64,000 nucleotides of DNA from Candidatus Aminicenantes bacterium (GCA_003141555.1 PLMN01000015.1:9411-73410); one strand, 5' to 3'. Shown: positions 29,874 through 40,057, counted from the first letter of the stretch. Numbers and translations: made by a program. The notes: generated from the sequence alone by a model not told the origin.

Positions 29874-31874
29874 ATGGACGACATCCGGATCGGCATCGAT
29901 ACCGGCGGCACTTTTACCGATTTCGTGATTTTTGCCGGGGGGCGGATCCATACCAGGAAGCTCCCGTCTACGCCGGCCAATCCGGCCCTGGCCATTCTCC
30001 GCGGCCTCGAGGAATTCCTGGCGGACGGAAGGGCCCCGACGGTCATCCACGGGACGACGGTCGCGACGAACGCTCTTCTCGAGCGCAAGGGTGCCCGGAT
30101 CGCGCTGATCACCACCCGGGGATTCGAGGACGTGCTGGTCCTCGGCCGGCAGACGCGGCGGAACCTCTACGGCCTGCGCGGCGAGCGGCGGACGCCGATC
30201 GTCGAAGCCGGCCTGCGCTTCGGGATCGAGGAGCGAATGACCGCCTCCGGGCGTTCCGTCCGGCGGCCGGACCGGGCCGAGATCGCGGCCGTCCTCGACC
30301 GGGCCGCCGCCGCCGGCGTCGAAGCCGTGGCCGTGTCGTTGATCAACGCCTATGCCGGCCCGGAGCACGAGGAGATCGTGAGCGAGGAGCTCGCCGCGCG
30401 CGGACTCCTGGCCTCGGTCTCGAGCCGCCTCCTGCCCGAATACCGGGAATATGAGAGGACGTCCACGACGGCCGTCAACGCCTATCTCATGCCGGTCCTT
30501 CACCGCTACCTGTCGAACCTGGAAGCGAACCTCGGCCGGGCCGAGCTGCGGGTCATGCAGTCCAACGAGGGCTACATCACGGCGGCCCGGGCCAAGGCCG
30601 AACCCATCCGGACCGCCCTGTCCGGGCCGGCCGGAGGGGCGGTCGCATCGCTCCACGTTTCGCGAGCCGCCGGATTTCCGAAGGTCGTGAGCTTCGACAT
30701 GGGCGGCACCTCGACCGACGTCTCCCTGATCGAAGGCCGGCTCCGCCGGACGAACGAGAACGCGATCGGCGACTTCCCGGTCCGCGTCCCGATCATCGAC
30801 ATCCATTCCGTGGGAGCGGGCGGCGGCTCGATCGCGGCCGTCGACGCCGCGGGTTCGCTCCGCGTCGGCCCGCAGAGCGCCGGGGCCGATCCCGGCCCGG
30901 CCTGCTACGGCAAGGGCGATGGGGCGACGGTCACCGACGCCAACCTCGTCCTGGGCCGCATCGATCCCGACTATTTCCTCGGCGGGTCGATGAAGATCTC
31001 CCCCGCGCGGAGCCGGGCGGCGGTCGCCCGGATCGGCGTCCGGATCGGGAAATCCGTGCTCGCCACCGCCCAGGGCATCGTCGACATCGCCAACGCCAAC
31101 ATGGAGAAGGCCATCCGGGTCATCTCCATCGAGCGCGGCTTCGATCCCCGCGATTTCGCCCTCTTCTCGTTCGGGGGGGCGGGCGGCATGCACGCCGCCG
31201 ACATGGCCGCCCATCTCCGGATGGGAGCCGTGCTCGTGCCGGCTAACGCCGGCGTGCTCTCGGCCTTGGGCCTGCTCCTCGCCGATTCCGTCAAGGATTA
31301 CTCCCGTTCGGTGCTCCGAACGCTCGATCTCGTCCGCTTCCGGGACCTCGATCGCGCCTGCCGCGATTTCGAGCGCCGCGGCCTTGCGGAGATGAGAGCC
31401 GACGGATTTGCCGCCGGGGCGGTGACGTTCGAAAGGTCCCTGGACATGCGCTATCTCGGGCAATCCTACGAGATCAACGTCCCGTTCGGCGGCCGCTCGA
31501 CGGCCGGCCTCAGGGCTGCCTTTGACCGGGAGCACCGCCGGCTTTATGCCTACGTCCACCCGGACGCCGCGGTTGAAATCGTAAACGTCCGGATCAAGAT
31601 CCGCGGACGGGCGCCGAAGATCCGGCTTCGCCGCTATCCGGTCGTCCAAGGCGGCGATCCGGCCCGGGCGATCATGAAGACCCAGCCGCTCCATCACGCC
31701 GGCCGCGAATACCGGGCGCCCGTCTACGACCGGTCGGGGCTCTTCCCCGGCGCCAGGCTTGCGGGCCCCGCCCTGGTGGTGGATGCCGGCTCGACCACGT
31801 TCCTCCCGCCGGACTACGGCCTTCTCGTGGACCGATACTTGAATCTCATTTTGAGGAAGGACGCGCGCCGGTGA
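29874..31874 (+). CDS. Hydantoinase/5-oxoprolinase subunit A (ATP-binding)
   Basis: DTGGTFTD, HGTTVATN, REYERTST, DMGGTSTD, GPQSAGADPGP. Confidence 0.9.
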   Translation: MDDIRIGIDTGGTFTDFVIFAGGRIHTRKLPSTPANPALAILRGLEEFLADGRAPTVIHGTTVATNALLERKGARIALITTRGFEDVLVLGRQTRRNLYGLRGERRTPIVEAGLRFGIEERMTASGRSVRRPDRAEIAAVLDRAAAAGVEAVAVSLINAYAGPEHEEIVSEELAARGLLASVSSRLLPEYREYERTSTTAVNAYLMPVLHRYLSNLEANLGRAELRVMQSNEGYITAARAKAEPIRTALSGPAGGAVASLHVSRAAGFPKVVSFDMGGTSTDVSLIEGRLRRTNENAIGDFPVRVPIIDIHSVGAGGGSIAAVDAAGSLRVGPQSAGADPGPACYGKGDGATVTDANLVLGRIDPDYFLGGSMKISPARSRAAVARIGVRIGKSVLATAQGIVDIANANMEKAIRVISIERGFDPRDFALFSFGGAGGMHAADMAAHLRMGAVLVPANAGVLSALGLLLADSVKDYSRSVLRTLDLVRFRDLDRACRDFERRGLAEMRADGFAAGAVTFERSLDMRYLGQSYEINVPFGGRSTAGLRAAFDREHRRLYAYVHPDAAVEIVNVRIKIRGRAPKIRLRRYPVVQGGDPARAIMKTQPLHHAGREYRAPVYDRSGLFPGARLAGPALVVDAGSTTFLPPDYGLLVDRYLNLILRKDARR

Positions 31875-33448
31875 AAGCGTTCGACCCGATCGAAATCGAG
31901 ATCTTCAAGAACACGTTCGTCTCAATCGCCGAAGAGATGGGAGCCGTCCTGGGCCGGACGGCCCTTTCGCCCAACATCAAGGAGCGGAAGGATTATTCCT
32001 GCGCCCTGTTCAATGCGAAGGGCGAAACGCTGGCCCAGGGATCGCACATTCCCGTCCATCTCGGGGCCATGCCGCTGTCCGTGCAGGCGGCCATCCGGGC
32101 CCTGCCCTTCGAAGACGACGATCTTGTCATCCTCAACGATCCCTATCACGGCGGGACCCACCTGCCTGACATCACCTGCATCATGCCCGTCTTCATCGGC
32201 GGCCGGCTCGAATTCTTCGCCGCCAACCGGGCCCACCATTCCGACGTGGGCGGCATGACCCCCGGCAGCATGCCCCTGGCCACGGAGATCTTCCAGGAGG
32301 GTTTGATCCTCCCGCCGCTCAAGCTGGTGAGCCGGGGCCGGATGAACGAGGACGTGCTCAGGCTCCTTCTGGCCAACGTCCGGACTCCCGAGGAGCGCCG
32401 GGGGGACCTCCTCGCCCAGGTCGCCGCCTGCGAAAAGGGGCGCCAGAGGATCCGCGACGCGGTCCGGAAATACGGGCTGTCCAAGATCTCGTCATATGCC
32501 GACCTCATCCAGGACTACACCGAGGCCTTCCTCCGCCGGACGATCCGGGCCATCCCCGACGGGGACTATGCTTTCGCCGATTATCTCGACGACGACGGGA
32601 TCACGGACGATCCGGTGAAAATCGCGGTCACGGTCCGCATCCGGGGGAGCAGGGCCGTCGTCGATTTCCGCGGCTCCTCCTCCCAGGTGAAGGGCGGGGT
32701 CAACGCCAACGCCGCGGTCACCACGTCCGCGGTCCTCTATGTCTTCCGCGCCCTGATCGAGGACGATATCCCGTTTAACACGGGCCTGATGCGCCCGATC
32801 GAGATCATCGCCCCGCCGGGCTTGATCGTCAGCGCCCAATTCCCGGCCGCGACGGCGGCCGGCAACGTCGAGACATCTCAGAGGATCGTGGACGTGCTCC
32901 TGGGAGCGCTGGCCCAGGCGATCCCCGACAGGATCCCGGCCGCAAGTTCCGGGACGATGAACAACGTCGCCATCGGAGGATACGATCCCGCCGCGGGCCG
33001 GAATTTCGCCTATTACGAGACGATCGGCGGCGGCATGGGAGCGAGCCGGGAGTTTCCCGGCCTGAGCGGCGTGCATACCCACATGACGAATTCGCTCAAC
33101 ACCCCGCTCGAGGCCCTCGAAAACTACCTGCCTCTCCGCATCCGCCGCTATGCCCTGCGCCGAGGCTCCGGGGGAGCCGGCCGGACGCGCGGCGGCGAGG
33201 GCATCGTCCGGGAATACGAATTTGCGATCCCGGCGAACGTGACCATCATGTCGGAGCGTCGGAAATTCGCTCCGTACGGCCTCCGGGGAGGCCTGCCGGG
33301 CCGGCCCGGCCGCAACACGCTTATCAGCGGCGGAAAAACCGTCCGTCTGAAGTCCAAGGCCAACTTCACGGTCCAGGCCGGAGACGTCTTGAGAATCGAA
33401 TCGCCGGGCGGCGGAGGCTATGGCCCTCCCCGGCGCGGAAAGAAGTAA
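31871..33448 (+). CDS. Hydantoinase/5-oxoprolinase subunit B
   Basis: SPNIKERKDYSCA, NDPYHGGTHLPD, AHHSDVGG, ETIGGG, GGGGYG. Confidence 0.9.
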   Translation: MKAFDPIEIEIFKNTFVSIAEEMGAVLGRTALSPNIKERKDYSCALFNAKGETLAQGSHIPVHLGAMPLSVQAAIRALPFEDDDLVILNDPYHGGTHLPDITCIMPVFIGGRLEFFAANRAHHSDVGGMTPGSMPLATEIFQEGLILPPLKLVSRGRMNEDVLRLLLANVRTPEERRGDLLAQVAACEKGRQRIRDAVRKYGLSKISSYADLIQDYTEAFLRRTIRAIPDGDYAFADYLDDDGITDDPVKIAVTVRIRGSRAVVDFRGSSSQVKGGVNANAAVTTSAVLYVFRALIEDDIPFNTGLMRPIEIIAPPGLIVSAQFPAATAAGNVETSQRIVDVLLGALAQAIPDRIPAASSGTMNNVAIGGYDPAAGRNFAYYETIGGGMGASREFPGLSGVHTHMTNSLNTPLEALENYLPLRIRRYALRRGSGGAGRTRGGEGIVREYEFAIPANVTIMSERRKFAPYGLRGGLPGRPGRNTLISGGKTVRLKSKANFTVQAGDVLRIESPGGGGYGPPRRGKK

Positions 33449-33450
33449 AG

Positions 33451-34080
33451 ATGAAAACAAGAATCATGATCCTCGCCGCCGCTCTCTTTTTCGCGGCCGC
33501 CGTCTCGGCCGAAGCCGGATTCCATATCGGGCTGACCGGCGCCTACATCCGCCCCCTGGATAAAAATCAGGGCGGCGCCCCGGCCTATGGCCTGAGTGTC
33601 GGCCTCGACCTGGCCAGCAACCTCAGCCTTGACGTAAGCGTCCTGCGCTACGAGAGCGCCGTGACCGCCTCGACCGACGGGCTGAGCGCCGGCCAGCTGG
33701 CCGTCATTCCCCTCGAAATCGGAGTCGACGCCAGGTTCCCGTTCGGCGACGGAAAGCTGGCGGCCTGGGCCGGCGTCGCCGGGGGCTATGCCCTGCCCCA
33801 GTTCACGTACGACAGCACAGCCGCGTCCGCCTGGAACGCCATCGGGTTCACCGTGGTTGAAAAAGTCCGGAGCGGCCCCTGCCTGGGGGTGATGGGCGGC
33901 CTCGAATACGCCCTGAGCTCCACGTCGGTCTTGCGGCTCGAAGTCCGGTATCGCTTGATGAAGGCTTCGGGGTCCTGGTCGATGGCCGACAGGACCGGCG
34001 GCCTGACGCAGTCCGGGACCCTGGACAATCTGAATCTCGATACGCTCACCCTCGGCCTGGCCGTGAGGATAGGACTCTGA
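33451..34080 (+). CDS. Small outer-membrane beta-barrel protein
   Basis: Signal peptide, alternating amphipathic strands with aromatic girdle residues, C-terminal strand TLGLAVRIGL. Confidence 0.65.
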   Translation: MKTRIMILAAALFFAAAVSAEAGFHIGLTGAYIRPLDKNQGGAPAYGLSVGLDLASNLSLDVSVLRYESAVTASTDGLSAGQLAVIPLEIGVDARFPFGDGKLAAWAGVAGGYALPQFTYDSTAASAWNAIGFTVVEKVRSGPCLGVMGGLEYALSSTSVLRLEVRYRLMKASGSWSMADRTGGLTQSGTLDNLNLDTLTLGLAVRIGL

Positions 34081-34081
34081 T

Positions 34082-35800
34082 ATGAACGCGCGACTTCGAG
34101 ACAGCCTCTTTTCCAGTCAACGCGGCCGCCGGATTCCGCGTCTTATCGCGGCCGCCGCTGCTGCCGGGTTGATATTCGGGGCGACGGGAGCGCTCTCCGC
34201 CCCGTCGCGCGCGGCCTCCTCCCCGGGACTTGGCGCCCATGTGCCTTCGGCCATGCTCTTTCATCCCAAGATGTCCGCGGCATTGACCCGAATAGCGGCC
34301 GTCCGGTCCGTCGAAGCCGACGACGCCGGATCCCTCGTCGCCAGGAAGATCCGGACCGACTGCCCCGAGGGGATGGTTCGTGTCGTCGCGGAATTGAATT
34401 CCCCCATCACGACCCTCTCCGGCCAGGCGGCCGCCGTGCTCCTGAAGGTCAAGATCGAAGCGTTCGGGGGCCGGACCGAAGCCCGCTGGCGGAATCGTCT
34501 CCAGGCCCTCGTGCCGATCGAAGCCCTGGACACGCTCGCGGCCGACCCCCTGCTGAAATACCTCCGCCTCCCCCTCCATCCGAGCAAGCTCCAGGTGACG
34601 AGCGAGGGCGTCGCCCGGACCGGAGCCGACCGCTGGGTCAGTCTCCCCGCCTACCGGAGCGGCTCCGCCGGGAAGATCTGCGTCCTGGACGTCGGCTTCA
34701 TGGGCTACCAGGCTCTCCTCGGCACCGAGCTCCCCTCGAAGGTGACGGCCCGCTCGTTCCGGGCCGACGGAGACATTGCCGCCGGCGAGGACCACGGCCT
34801 GGCCTGCGCCGAGATCGTCCACGACATGGCCCCGGACGCCGCTCTCTGGCTTGTGAATTTCGACACGGACGTCGAAGAGGGAGAAGCGGTGGATTGGATC
34901 GTCCAGCAGGGCATCCAGGTGATTTCCTATTCCCTCGGCTGGTACAACGCCGGGGCGGGTGACGGGACCGGGCCCATCTGCGCCGACGTGGAATTCGCCG
35001 CGGCCCAGAATATCCTCTGGGCCTCGGCCGCCGGCAATGACGCCATCTCCCATTGGGAGGGCAATTTCGTCGATCCCGAGGGCGACGGCTGGCTCAATTT
35101 CTCGGGTTCCAACCGGTACCTGGAGTTCCATGTCCCGGCGTTCGAGGAAGTGGACGTCTCGCTGAACTGGAAGGACTGGGGGACGTGGAACGGATGGGAT
35201 TATTCGGGCACGGACCAGGACTACGACCTCTACCTGTATCTCAAGCAGGGCAGTTCCTATGTCCTGGTCGATTCTTCGACCAATATCCAAAAGGGAGGCG
35301 GGCAGTGGCCCACCGAAGACATCTACGGCTGGTATACGGACCACGATGCGACCTGGGCGGTGTCCATCCAGCGCGTGAGCTCGACGAAATCCGTCCCGCT
35401 GGAGATGTTCATCGAGGGCAACGACACGGCCATTCAATACGCCGTGGCGGCCCACAGCATCGCCGTTCCCGCCGACTCCGATTCGGCCATTGCGGTCGGG
35501 GCCACGGATTGGGAGGATGACTCCTACCATTACTACAGCTCCCAGGGCCCGACCTGGGACGGTCGGATCAAGCCCGATCTGACGGCCCCCTCGGGGGTCT
35601 CGACCGCGACCTACGGCCATTGGAATTTCTACGGGACCTCCGCCTCGGCGCCTCACGTCGCCGGCGGATGCGGTCTCTACCGCGGACGGACTCCGTTTAC
35701 CGCTTCCCAAGTCCGGACCCTCCTCCAGAATCGGGCCGTCGATCTCGGCCCGGCTGGAAAGGATAACCTGTTCGGGTACGGGCGGCTGAATCTTAAATAA
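34082..35800 (+). CDS. S8 subtilisin-like serine protease
   Basis: Triad motifs VLDVG, HGLAC, GTSASAPHVAG; AAGND, KPDLTAP, DNLFGYGRL; inserted domain before the Ser region. Confidence 0.88.
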   Translation: MNARLRDSLFSSQRGRRIPRLIAAAAAAGLIFGATGALSAPSRAASSPGLGAHVPSAMLFHPKMSAALTRIAAVRSVEADDAGSLVARKIRTDCPEGMVRVVAELNSPITTLSGQAAAVLLKVKIEAFGGRTEARWRNRLQALVPIEALDTLAADPLLKYLRLPLHPSKLQVTSEGVARTGADRWVSLPAYRSGSAGKICVLDVGFMGYQALLGTELPSKVTARSFRADGDIAAGEDHGLACAEIVHDMAPDAALWLVNFDTDVEEGEAVDWIVQQGIQVISYSLGWYNAGAGDGTGPICADVEFAAAQNILWASAAGNDAISHWEGNFVDPEGDGWLNFSGSNRYLEFHVPAFEEVDVSLNWKDWGTWNGWDYSGTDQDYDLYLYLKQGSSYVLVDSSTNIQKGGGQWPTEDIYGWYTDHDATWAVSIQRVSSTKSVPLEMFIEGNDTAIQYAVAAHSIAVPADSDSAIAVGATDWEDDSYHYYSSQGPTWDGRIKPDLTAPSGVSTATYGHWNFYGTSASAPHVAGGCGLYRGRTPFTASQVRTLLQNRAVDLGPAGKDNLFGYGRLNLK

Positions 35801-35852
35801 GCGCCGGACGGCTCCGGCAGCACGGCCTGAATCGGGCCGGGGAGGTTCGATC

Positions 35853-36998
35853 GTGGATCATCATCGCCGCTTCATTCTGGCAGCGCTTCTTGGCCTCTGG
35901 GGATGCGGATTTCTCGCCGCCGCGGGGGAGGTCGCGGCCCCACAGCCGGCCGCCCCTACAAAATTCCTGATCCGGGCGGTCTGGGCTCATCCGGGGTTTT
36001 TCGGATCGGACCAACCGGGGGCCCGGACGAAGATCGCGGCCACGCTCGACGGCTACGTCCGCGCCGGGATCAACACTGTCATTATTCTGGTCAAGAACAC
36101 GACCGGCCACGTCTATTTCAAGAGCGACATCGGGGTCGGCGATCCCGCCTGGAGCTGGGATTTCTTCGACGTGTTCTTCAAGGAAGCCCGGAGCCGCGGC
36201 CTGGCCGTCCATCCCTGGTTCTGCGTTTTTCCCGAAAGCGCCATCCTGGGGCAGGTCCGCCAGCACCCCGAATGGCTGATCCGCGGCCCCAAGCAGGAGA
36301 TGGTCGGCGCGGCGAACCCCGCCCTGCCCGAAGTCCGGGCCTATGAGCTCAGCCTGATGCTGGAGCTCGCCCGCCGCTATCCCGTCGATTGGATCCACCT
36401 GGATTATATCCACTTCCCCTGCGATCCGGCGGAGCCGTATTTCAGCTTCGACGCCGCGACGCGAGCCCTTTTCCAAGCCGCGACGGGCCAGGACCCGGCG
36501 GAGATGAAGGCCAAGGACTCGGGGAACATCATGTGGAACGAATGGATCGAATGGAACGGCGGACACGTCACCCGGTTCGTCAGCGAGCTGCGGGCGGCGC
36601 TGCGGGAGCTCGGCCGGCCGGTGAAGATCTCGGCCGCCGTCTTTCCCGCCGCGGACAAGGCCAAGGTCCTGATCGGGCAGGATTGGGAGTCCTGGGCGCA
36701 ACAGGGCCTGGTCGACATGCTCTGCCCGATGCAATATATCAACAGCGCCGCCCTGTTCGAGAAATACGCCCGGCGGGCCGTGGAGATCGGGGCGGGGCGC
36801 GTCCAGGTTTGCCCGGGCATCGGCCTGGGGAGCTCGCATAACCAGAACACGCCCGAAGGCATGGCCGGCCAGATCGAGACATGCCGCCGGCTGGGCGCCG
36901 ACGGGTTCGTCCTCTTCTCGTCGTCCAGCCTGACCGAGCCGTTTCTGGCCGCGCTTCCGCCTCCAGCCGGGCCGGCCGGACGGCAGATCAGGAAATGA
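35853..36998 (+). CDS. Glycosyl hydrolase-like 10 (DUF187) protein, exported
   Basis: RRFIL signal; AGINTVII, VHPWF, NPALPEV, YPVDWIHLDYI, QDWESW, PMQY. Confidence 0.75.
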   Translation: MDHHRRFILAALLGLWGCGFLAAAGEVAAPQPAAPTKFLIRAVWAHPGFFGSDQPGARTKIAATLDGYVRAGINTVIILVKNTTGHVYFKSDIGVGDPAWSWDFFDVFFKEARSRGLAVHPWFCVFPESAILGQVRQHPEWLIRGPKQEMVGAANPALPEVRAYELSLMLELARRYPVDWIHLDYIHFPCDPAEPYFSFDAATRALFQAATGQDPAEMKAKDSGNIMWNEWIEWNGGHVTRFVSELRAALRELGRPVKISAAVFPAADKAKVLIGQDWESWAQQGLVDMLCPMQYINSAALFEKYARRAVEIGAGRVQVCPGIGLGSSHNQNTPEGMAGQIETCRRLGADGFVLFSSSSLTEPFLAALPPPAGPAGRQIRK

Positions 36999-37470
36999 CT
37001 TTTTTCAGCTTCTCCCGCTCGATGAGAAGCTGGCCCTGGTAGGACACGTAGTTCAGAAGGATCAGGACGCGGTCCTGGCCCGAGAGCTCTTTCTTGAAGA
37101 CGCCGCGCATCCCCTTGAGCGGACCGCCCGCGACCTCGATCTCGTCGCCCACCTCCGGAGCGACGCCGTACTTGGAAAGCTCGATGTAGCCATCGACCTC
37201 CCGCGCCCGGATCCCGGCTAGAATCTCATCCTCGATCGGAACGGGGCCGGCGTCGTTGCCGACGATGCTTTTCACCCCGCGCGTGTACTTGACCATCTTG
37301 TACTGCCCGGGATGCTCAAACCGGACGAACGCGTAGCCGGGAAAAAACGGATGGACCCGGCCCTCATCGCGGTATTTGGGATTGTAGACCTCGAATCCTC
37401 CCTGCTGGAAAAGGCGCTCCACCTGGCTTTCCTTTTTGGGCTTGGTGTTGAGGACGAACCAGCGGAACAT
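36988..37470 (-). CDS. NusG-family paralogue (RfaH/LoaP/UpxY-like)
   Basis: NGN domain WFVLNTKPKKE...FFPGYAFV...TRGVKSIVG; KOW motif GDEIEVAGGPLKG; RVLILL. Confidence 0.85.
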   Translation of the reverse strand: MFRWFVLNTKPKKESQVERLFQQGGFEVYNPKYRDEGRVHPFFPGYAFVRFEHPGQYKMVKYTRGVKSIVGNDAGPVPIEDEILAGIRAREVDGYIELSKYGVAPEVGDEIEVAGGPLKGMRGVFKKELSGQDRVLILLNYVSYQGQLLIEREKLKKVIS

Positions 37471-37471
37471 G

Positions 37472-38308
37472 TTATTCGTCGTCCGTGAGGCCGAGCCGGC
37501 GGTAGACCGCGGGCCGTCGATCGACGAGGAAATGGCGCCGGGCCGGAGATTGCTCGATCAGGCCGAAATCGCAGTCGGCGGTCAGGATCGCCTCGGCGTC
37601 CCGCGGAGCGCGCGCGATGACCCGTCCGCCGGGATCGGTGACGAAGGATTCGCCCGAGAAGTGAAGGACGTCCTCGGCACCGACCCGGTTGGCCAGGGCC
37701 GTGAAGTAGCCGTTCTGGAGCGAGGCGACCCGCAGCTCGCCTTCATGCAACCCCTCGCCCCATTCGTCGAGGATCCCCGCCTGAGGCACGACGACCAGCT
37801 GGGCGCCGGCCAGGGCCAGTCCCCGCATGTATTCCGGGAAATGGCGGTCATAGCAGATCGCCACGCCCAGCCGTCCGACCTGCGTGTCGTAGACGAAGCG
37901 CTCGTTCCCTCCCGGATGATAATATCCGCGTTCATGGAATCCGGGCCCGTCCATGATGTGCACCATCCGGGTCACGCCGAGGAGCTTCCCGTCGGCATCG
38001 ATGACCGGCGAGGAATCGAAGGTCGCCTCGCCTTGGCGCTCGAATAAGTTCAGGACGACGGCGACTCCCCGGCGCCGCGACAGCGCCCCGAATTCCTCGG
38101 TCAGGGGGCCGGGCACGGTCTGGGAGAAGGACCGGAAAGCGGGCCGATCACCGGACGGGATTTGGGGCAGGAACGGGAGGAAGGCGAGCTCGGCGAAGGC
38201 CACGAGGTTCGCCCCGTCGGCTGCCGCCCGCTCAAAGGCGGCCACGCCTCGGCCCAGGTTGTCCTCGACATCGGGCATCGCCCTCTGTTGGATCAAAGCG
38301 ATTTTCAT
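37472..38308 (-). CDS. Carbon-nitrogen hydrolase (nitrilase family, N-carbamoylputrescine amidase-like)
   Basis: FAEL, ERGYYHPG, AICYDRHFPE, ANRVG; start trimmed to MKIALIQ. Confidence 0.82.
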   Translation of the reverse strand: MKIALIQQRAMPDVEDNLGRGVAAFERAAADGANLVAFAELAFLPFLPQIPSGDRPAFRSFSQTVPGPLTEEFGALSRRRGVAVVLNLFERQGEATFDSSPVIDADGKLLGVTRMVHIMDGPGFHERGYYHPGGNERFVYDTQVGRLGVAICYDRHFPEYMRGLALAGAQLVVVPQAGILDEWGEGLHEGELRVASLQNGYFTALANRVGAEDVLHFSGESFVTDPGGRVIARAPRDAEAILTADCDFGLIEQSPARRHFLVDRRPAVYRRLGLTDDE

Positions 38309-38346
38309 GAACGAGCCATCCTCGAGGCCAGAGGCCGCCGGGCGCG

Positions 38347-39735
38347 CTACCCGATGACCGCCTCCTCGATTCGTTTCGGCGTCTTGGGAATGGGCTTCCC
38401 GAGGACGCGGCGGCCGTCGCGCGTCACGAGCACATCGTCCTCGATCCGGATCCCGCCGAAACCGCGGTAGCGGGCCAGGCGCTCGTAGGCGATGAAGTCC
38501 GCGAATTTGCCTTCCTTCTGCCATTTGTCGATCAGGACGGGGATGAAATAGATCCCCGGCTCGACGGTCATGACGTGGCCCGCGCGCAACTCCTTGGCCA
38601 TGCGGAGGTAAGCCAAGCCGAACTGGGAGGAGCGCTGGATGCCTTCGTCGTAGCCCACGAACCCCTCACCGATGTCCTCCATGTCGTGGACGTCGAGCCC
38701 GAGCATGTGGCCGAGGCCGTGGGGGAAGAAGAGCGCGTGGGCGCCTTGGAGCACGGCTTCCTCGACGTCGCCCTTCATCAGGCCGACGGCCTTCAGTCCC
38801 GAGGCGATGACCCGGGCGGTCTGGAGATGGATGTCCCGGTACCTGACGCCCGGCTTGATGGCCTTGATGGCCGTCTCCTGGGCCTTGAGGACGATCTCGT
38901 AGATGTCCTTCTGAGCGGGGGTGAATTTCCCCCCGATCGGGATCGTCCGGGTAATGTCCGCGGCATAGCCCAGGGGCGTCTGCGCGCCCGCATCGACGAC
39001 CAGGAGGTCGCCCTTCTTCAGCCGGTTCTTGTGGGAGTGGTTATGCAAGAACTGGCCGTCCCGGCTCAGGATGGTGGGGAACGCGACGACGCCCCCGCCG
39101 GCGATCGCCAGGCCGTCGATCCGCCCGGCGATGTCCTTCTCCCAGATTCCCGGGAGGGCCATGCTCATGGCCGTGACGTACATCTTGTAGGTCGTCTTGA
39201 GGGCCTTTTCGATCTCGGCGACTTCCTCGTCGGATTTCAACGAGCGCTGGGCGACGACGGCTTTGATCAGGGCCGGCGAGGCCTTGGCCTTGACCTCCTC
39301 CGGCCTGATTCCCAGGAGCGCCTGGAGCTTCAGGATATTCTCGGGGCGGTAGGGCGGCAGGAAATGAATGGCCCTCCCCTTCTCCTGGGCCTCTTTCAGC
39401 ATCGGGCCGAGGGCCTTGAGAGGCCCGGTCTGCTTGACTCCGACTTCGGACGCCCGGTCCTGGACCGTCGGCAGATAGCCCATCCAGATGACGTCCTCGA
39501 TCTCAAAGTCGTCGCCGAAGACGACATCCTTTTTCTCGTCGAGGTCGATCACGGCCGCAAGGCCGGGAGTGTCGAGCCCGAAGAAATAGAGAAAGGAGCT
39601 GTCCTGGCGGAAATGGTAGGCGTTGGCCGTATAGTTCATAGGGCTCTCGTCGTTGCCGAGGAACAGGACAAGGCCCGACGGCATCTGTTTCTTCAGGAAA
39701 TCGCGTCTTTTGATGTAGATCTTGGGCTCAAACAT
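38347..39735 (-). CDS. pepP: Xaa-Pro aminopeptidase (M24)
   Basis: DAGA, DITRT, HGLGHMLGLDVHD, TVEPGIY, GIRIEDD; SD GGAGG. Confidence 0.88.
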   Translation of the reverse strand: MFEPKIYIKRRDFLKKQMPSGLVLFLGNDESPMNYTANAYHFRQDSSFLYFFGLDTPGLAAVIDLDEKKDVVFGDDFEIEDVIWMGYLPTVQDRASEVGVKQTGPLKALGPMLKEAQEKGRAIHFLPPYRPENILKLQALLGIRPEEVKAKASPALIKAVVAQRSLKSDEEVAEIEKALKTTYKMYVTAMSMALPGIWEKDIAGRIDGLAIAGGGVVAFPTILSRDGQFLHNHSHKNRLKKGDLLVVDAGAQTPLGYAADITRTIPIGGKFTPAQKDIYEIVLKAQETAIKAIKPGVRYRDIHLQTARVIASGLKAVGLMKGDVEEAVLQGAHALFFPHGLGHMLGLDVHDMEDIGEGFVGYDEGIQRSSQFGLAYLRMAKELRAGHVMTVEPGIYFIPVLIDKWQKEGKFADFIAYERLARYRGFGGIRIEDDVLVTRDGRRVLGKPIPKTPKRIEEAVIG

Positions 39736-39861
39736 GGAACCTCCTTGGGGTGGATTCGAGGAATTGGAAAAGAATGACCATAGAGGAACTTTAACAAAAG
39801 AGGCGGGCGAAGTCAAAGCAGAGGCCCAGGCCCTCATTTATCGGCGGAAATGGGATTTCGG

Positions 39862-39938
<77 letters not shown>

Positions 39939-39949
39939 ATGACAGAAAC

Positions 39950-39977
39950 ATTATAGCCGAAAATTCCAGTTTGTCAA
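39950..39977 (-). promoter_or_regulatory. tRNA promoter
   Basis: TTGACA(39977-39972)-16-TATAAT(39955-39950). Confidence 0.75.
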
Positions 39978-40013
39978 AGCATTAATGTCGCCCGGGGCGA
40001 GAAATATATTTCC

Positions 40014-40042
40014 TTGACGACGGCGGACCCTAAAAATATAAT
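40014..40042 (+). promoter_or_regulatory. Promoter for nuoJKLMN
   Basis: TTGACG(40014-40019)-17-TATAAT(40037-40042). Confidence 0.7.
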
Positions 40043-40057
40043 GAAAAAAAGCTAAAA

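Noticed and set aside
37498-37505. GGCGGTAG ops-like 8-mer next to the NusG paralogue
   Set aside because: Antisense to the operon, lacks the downstream TG, and recurs at about 39344, so it is expected by chance.
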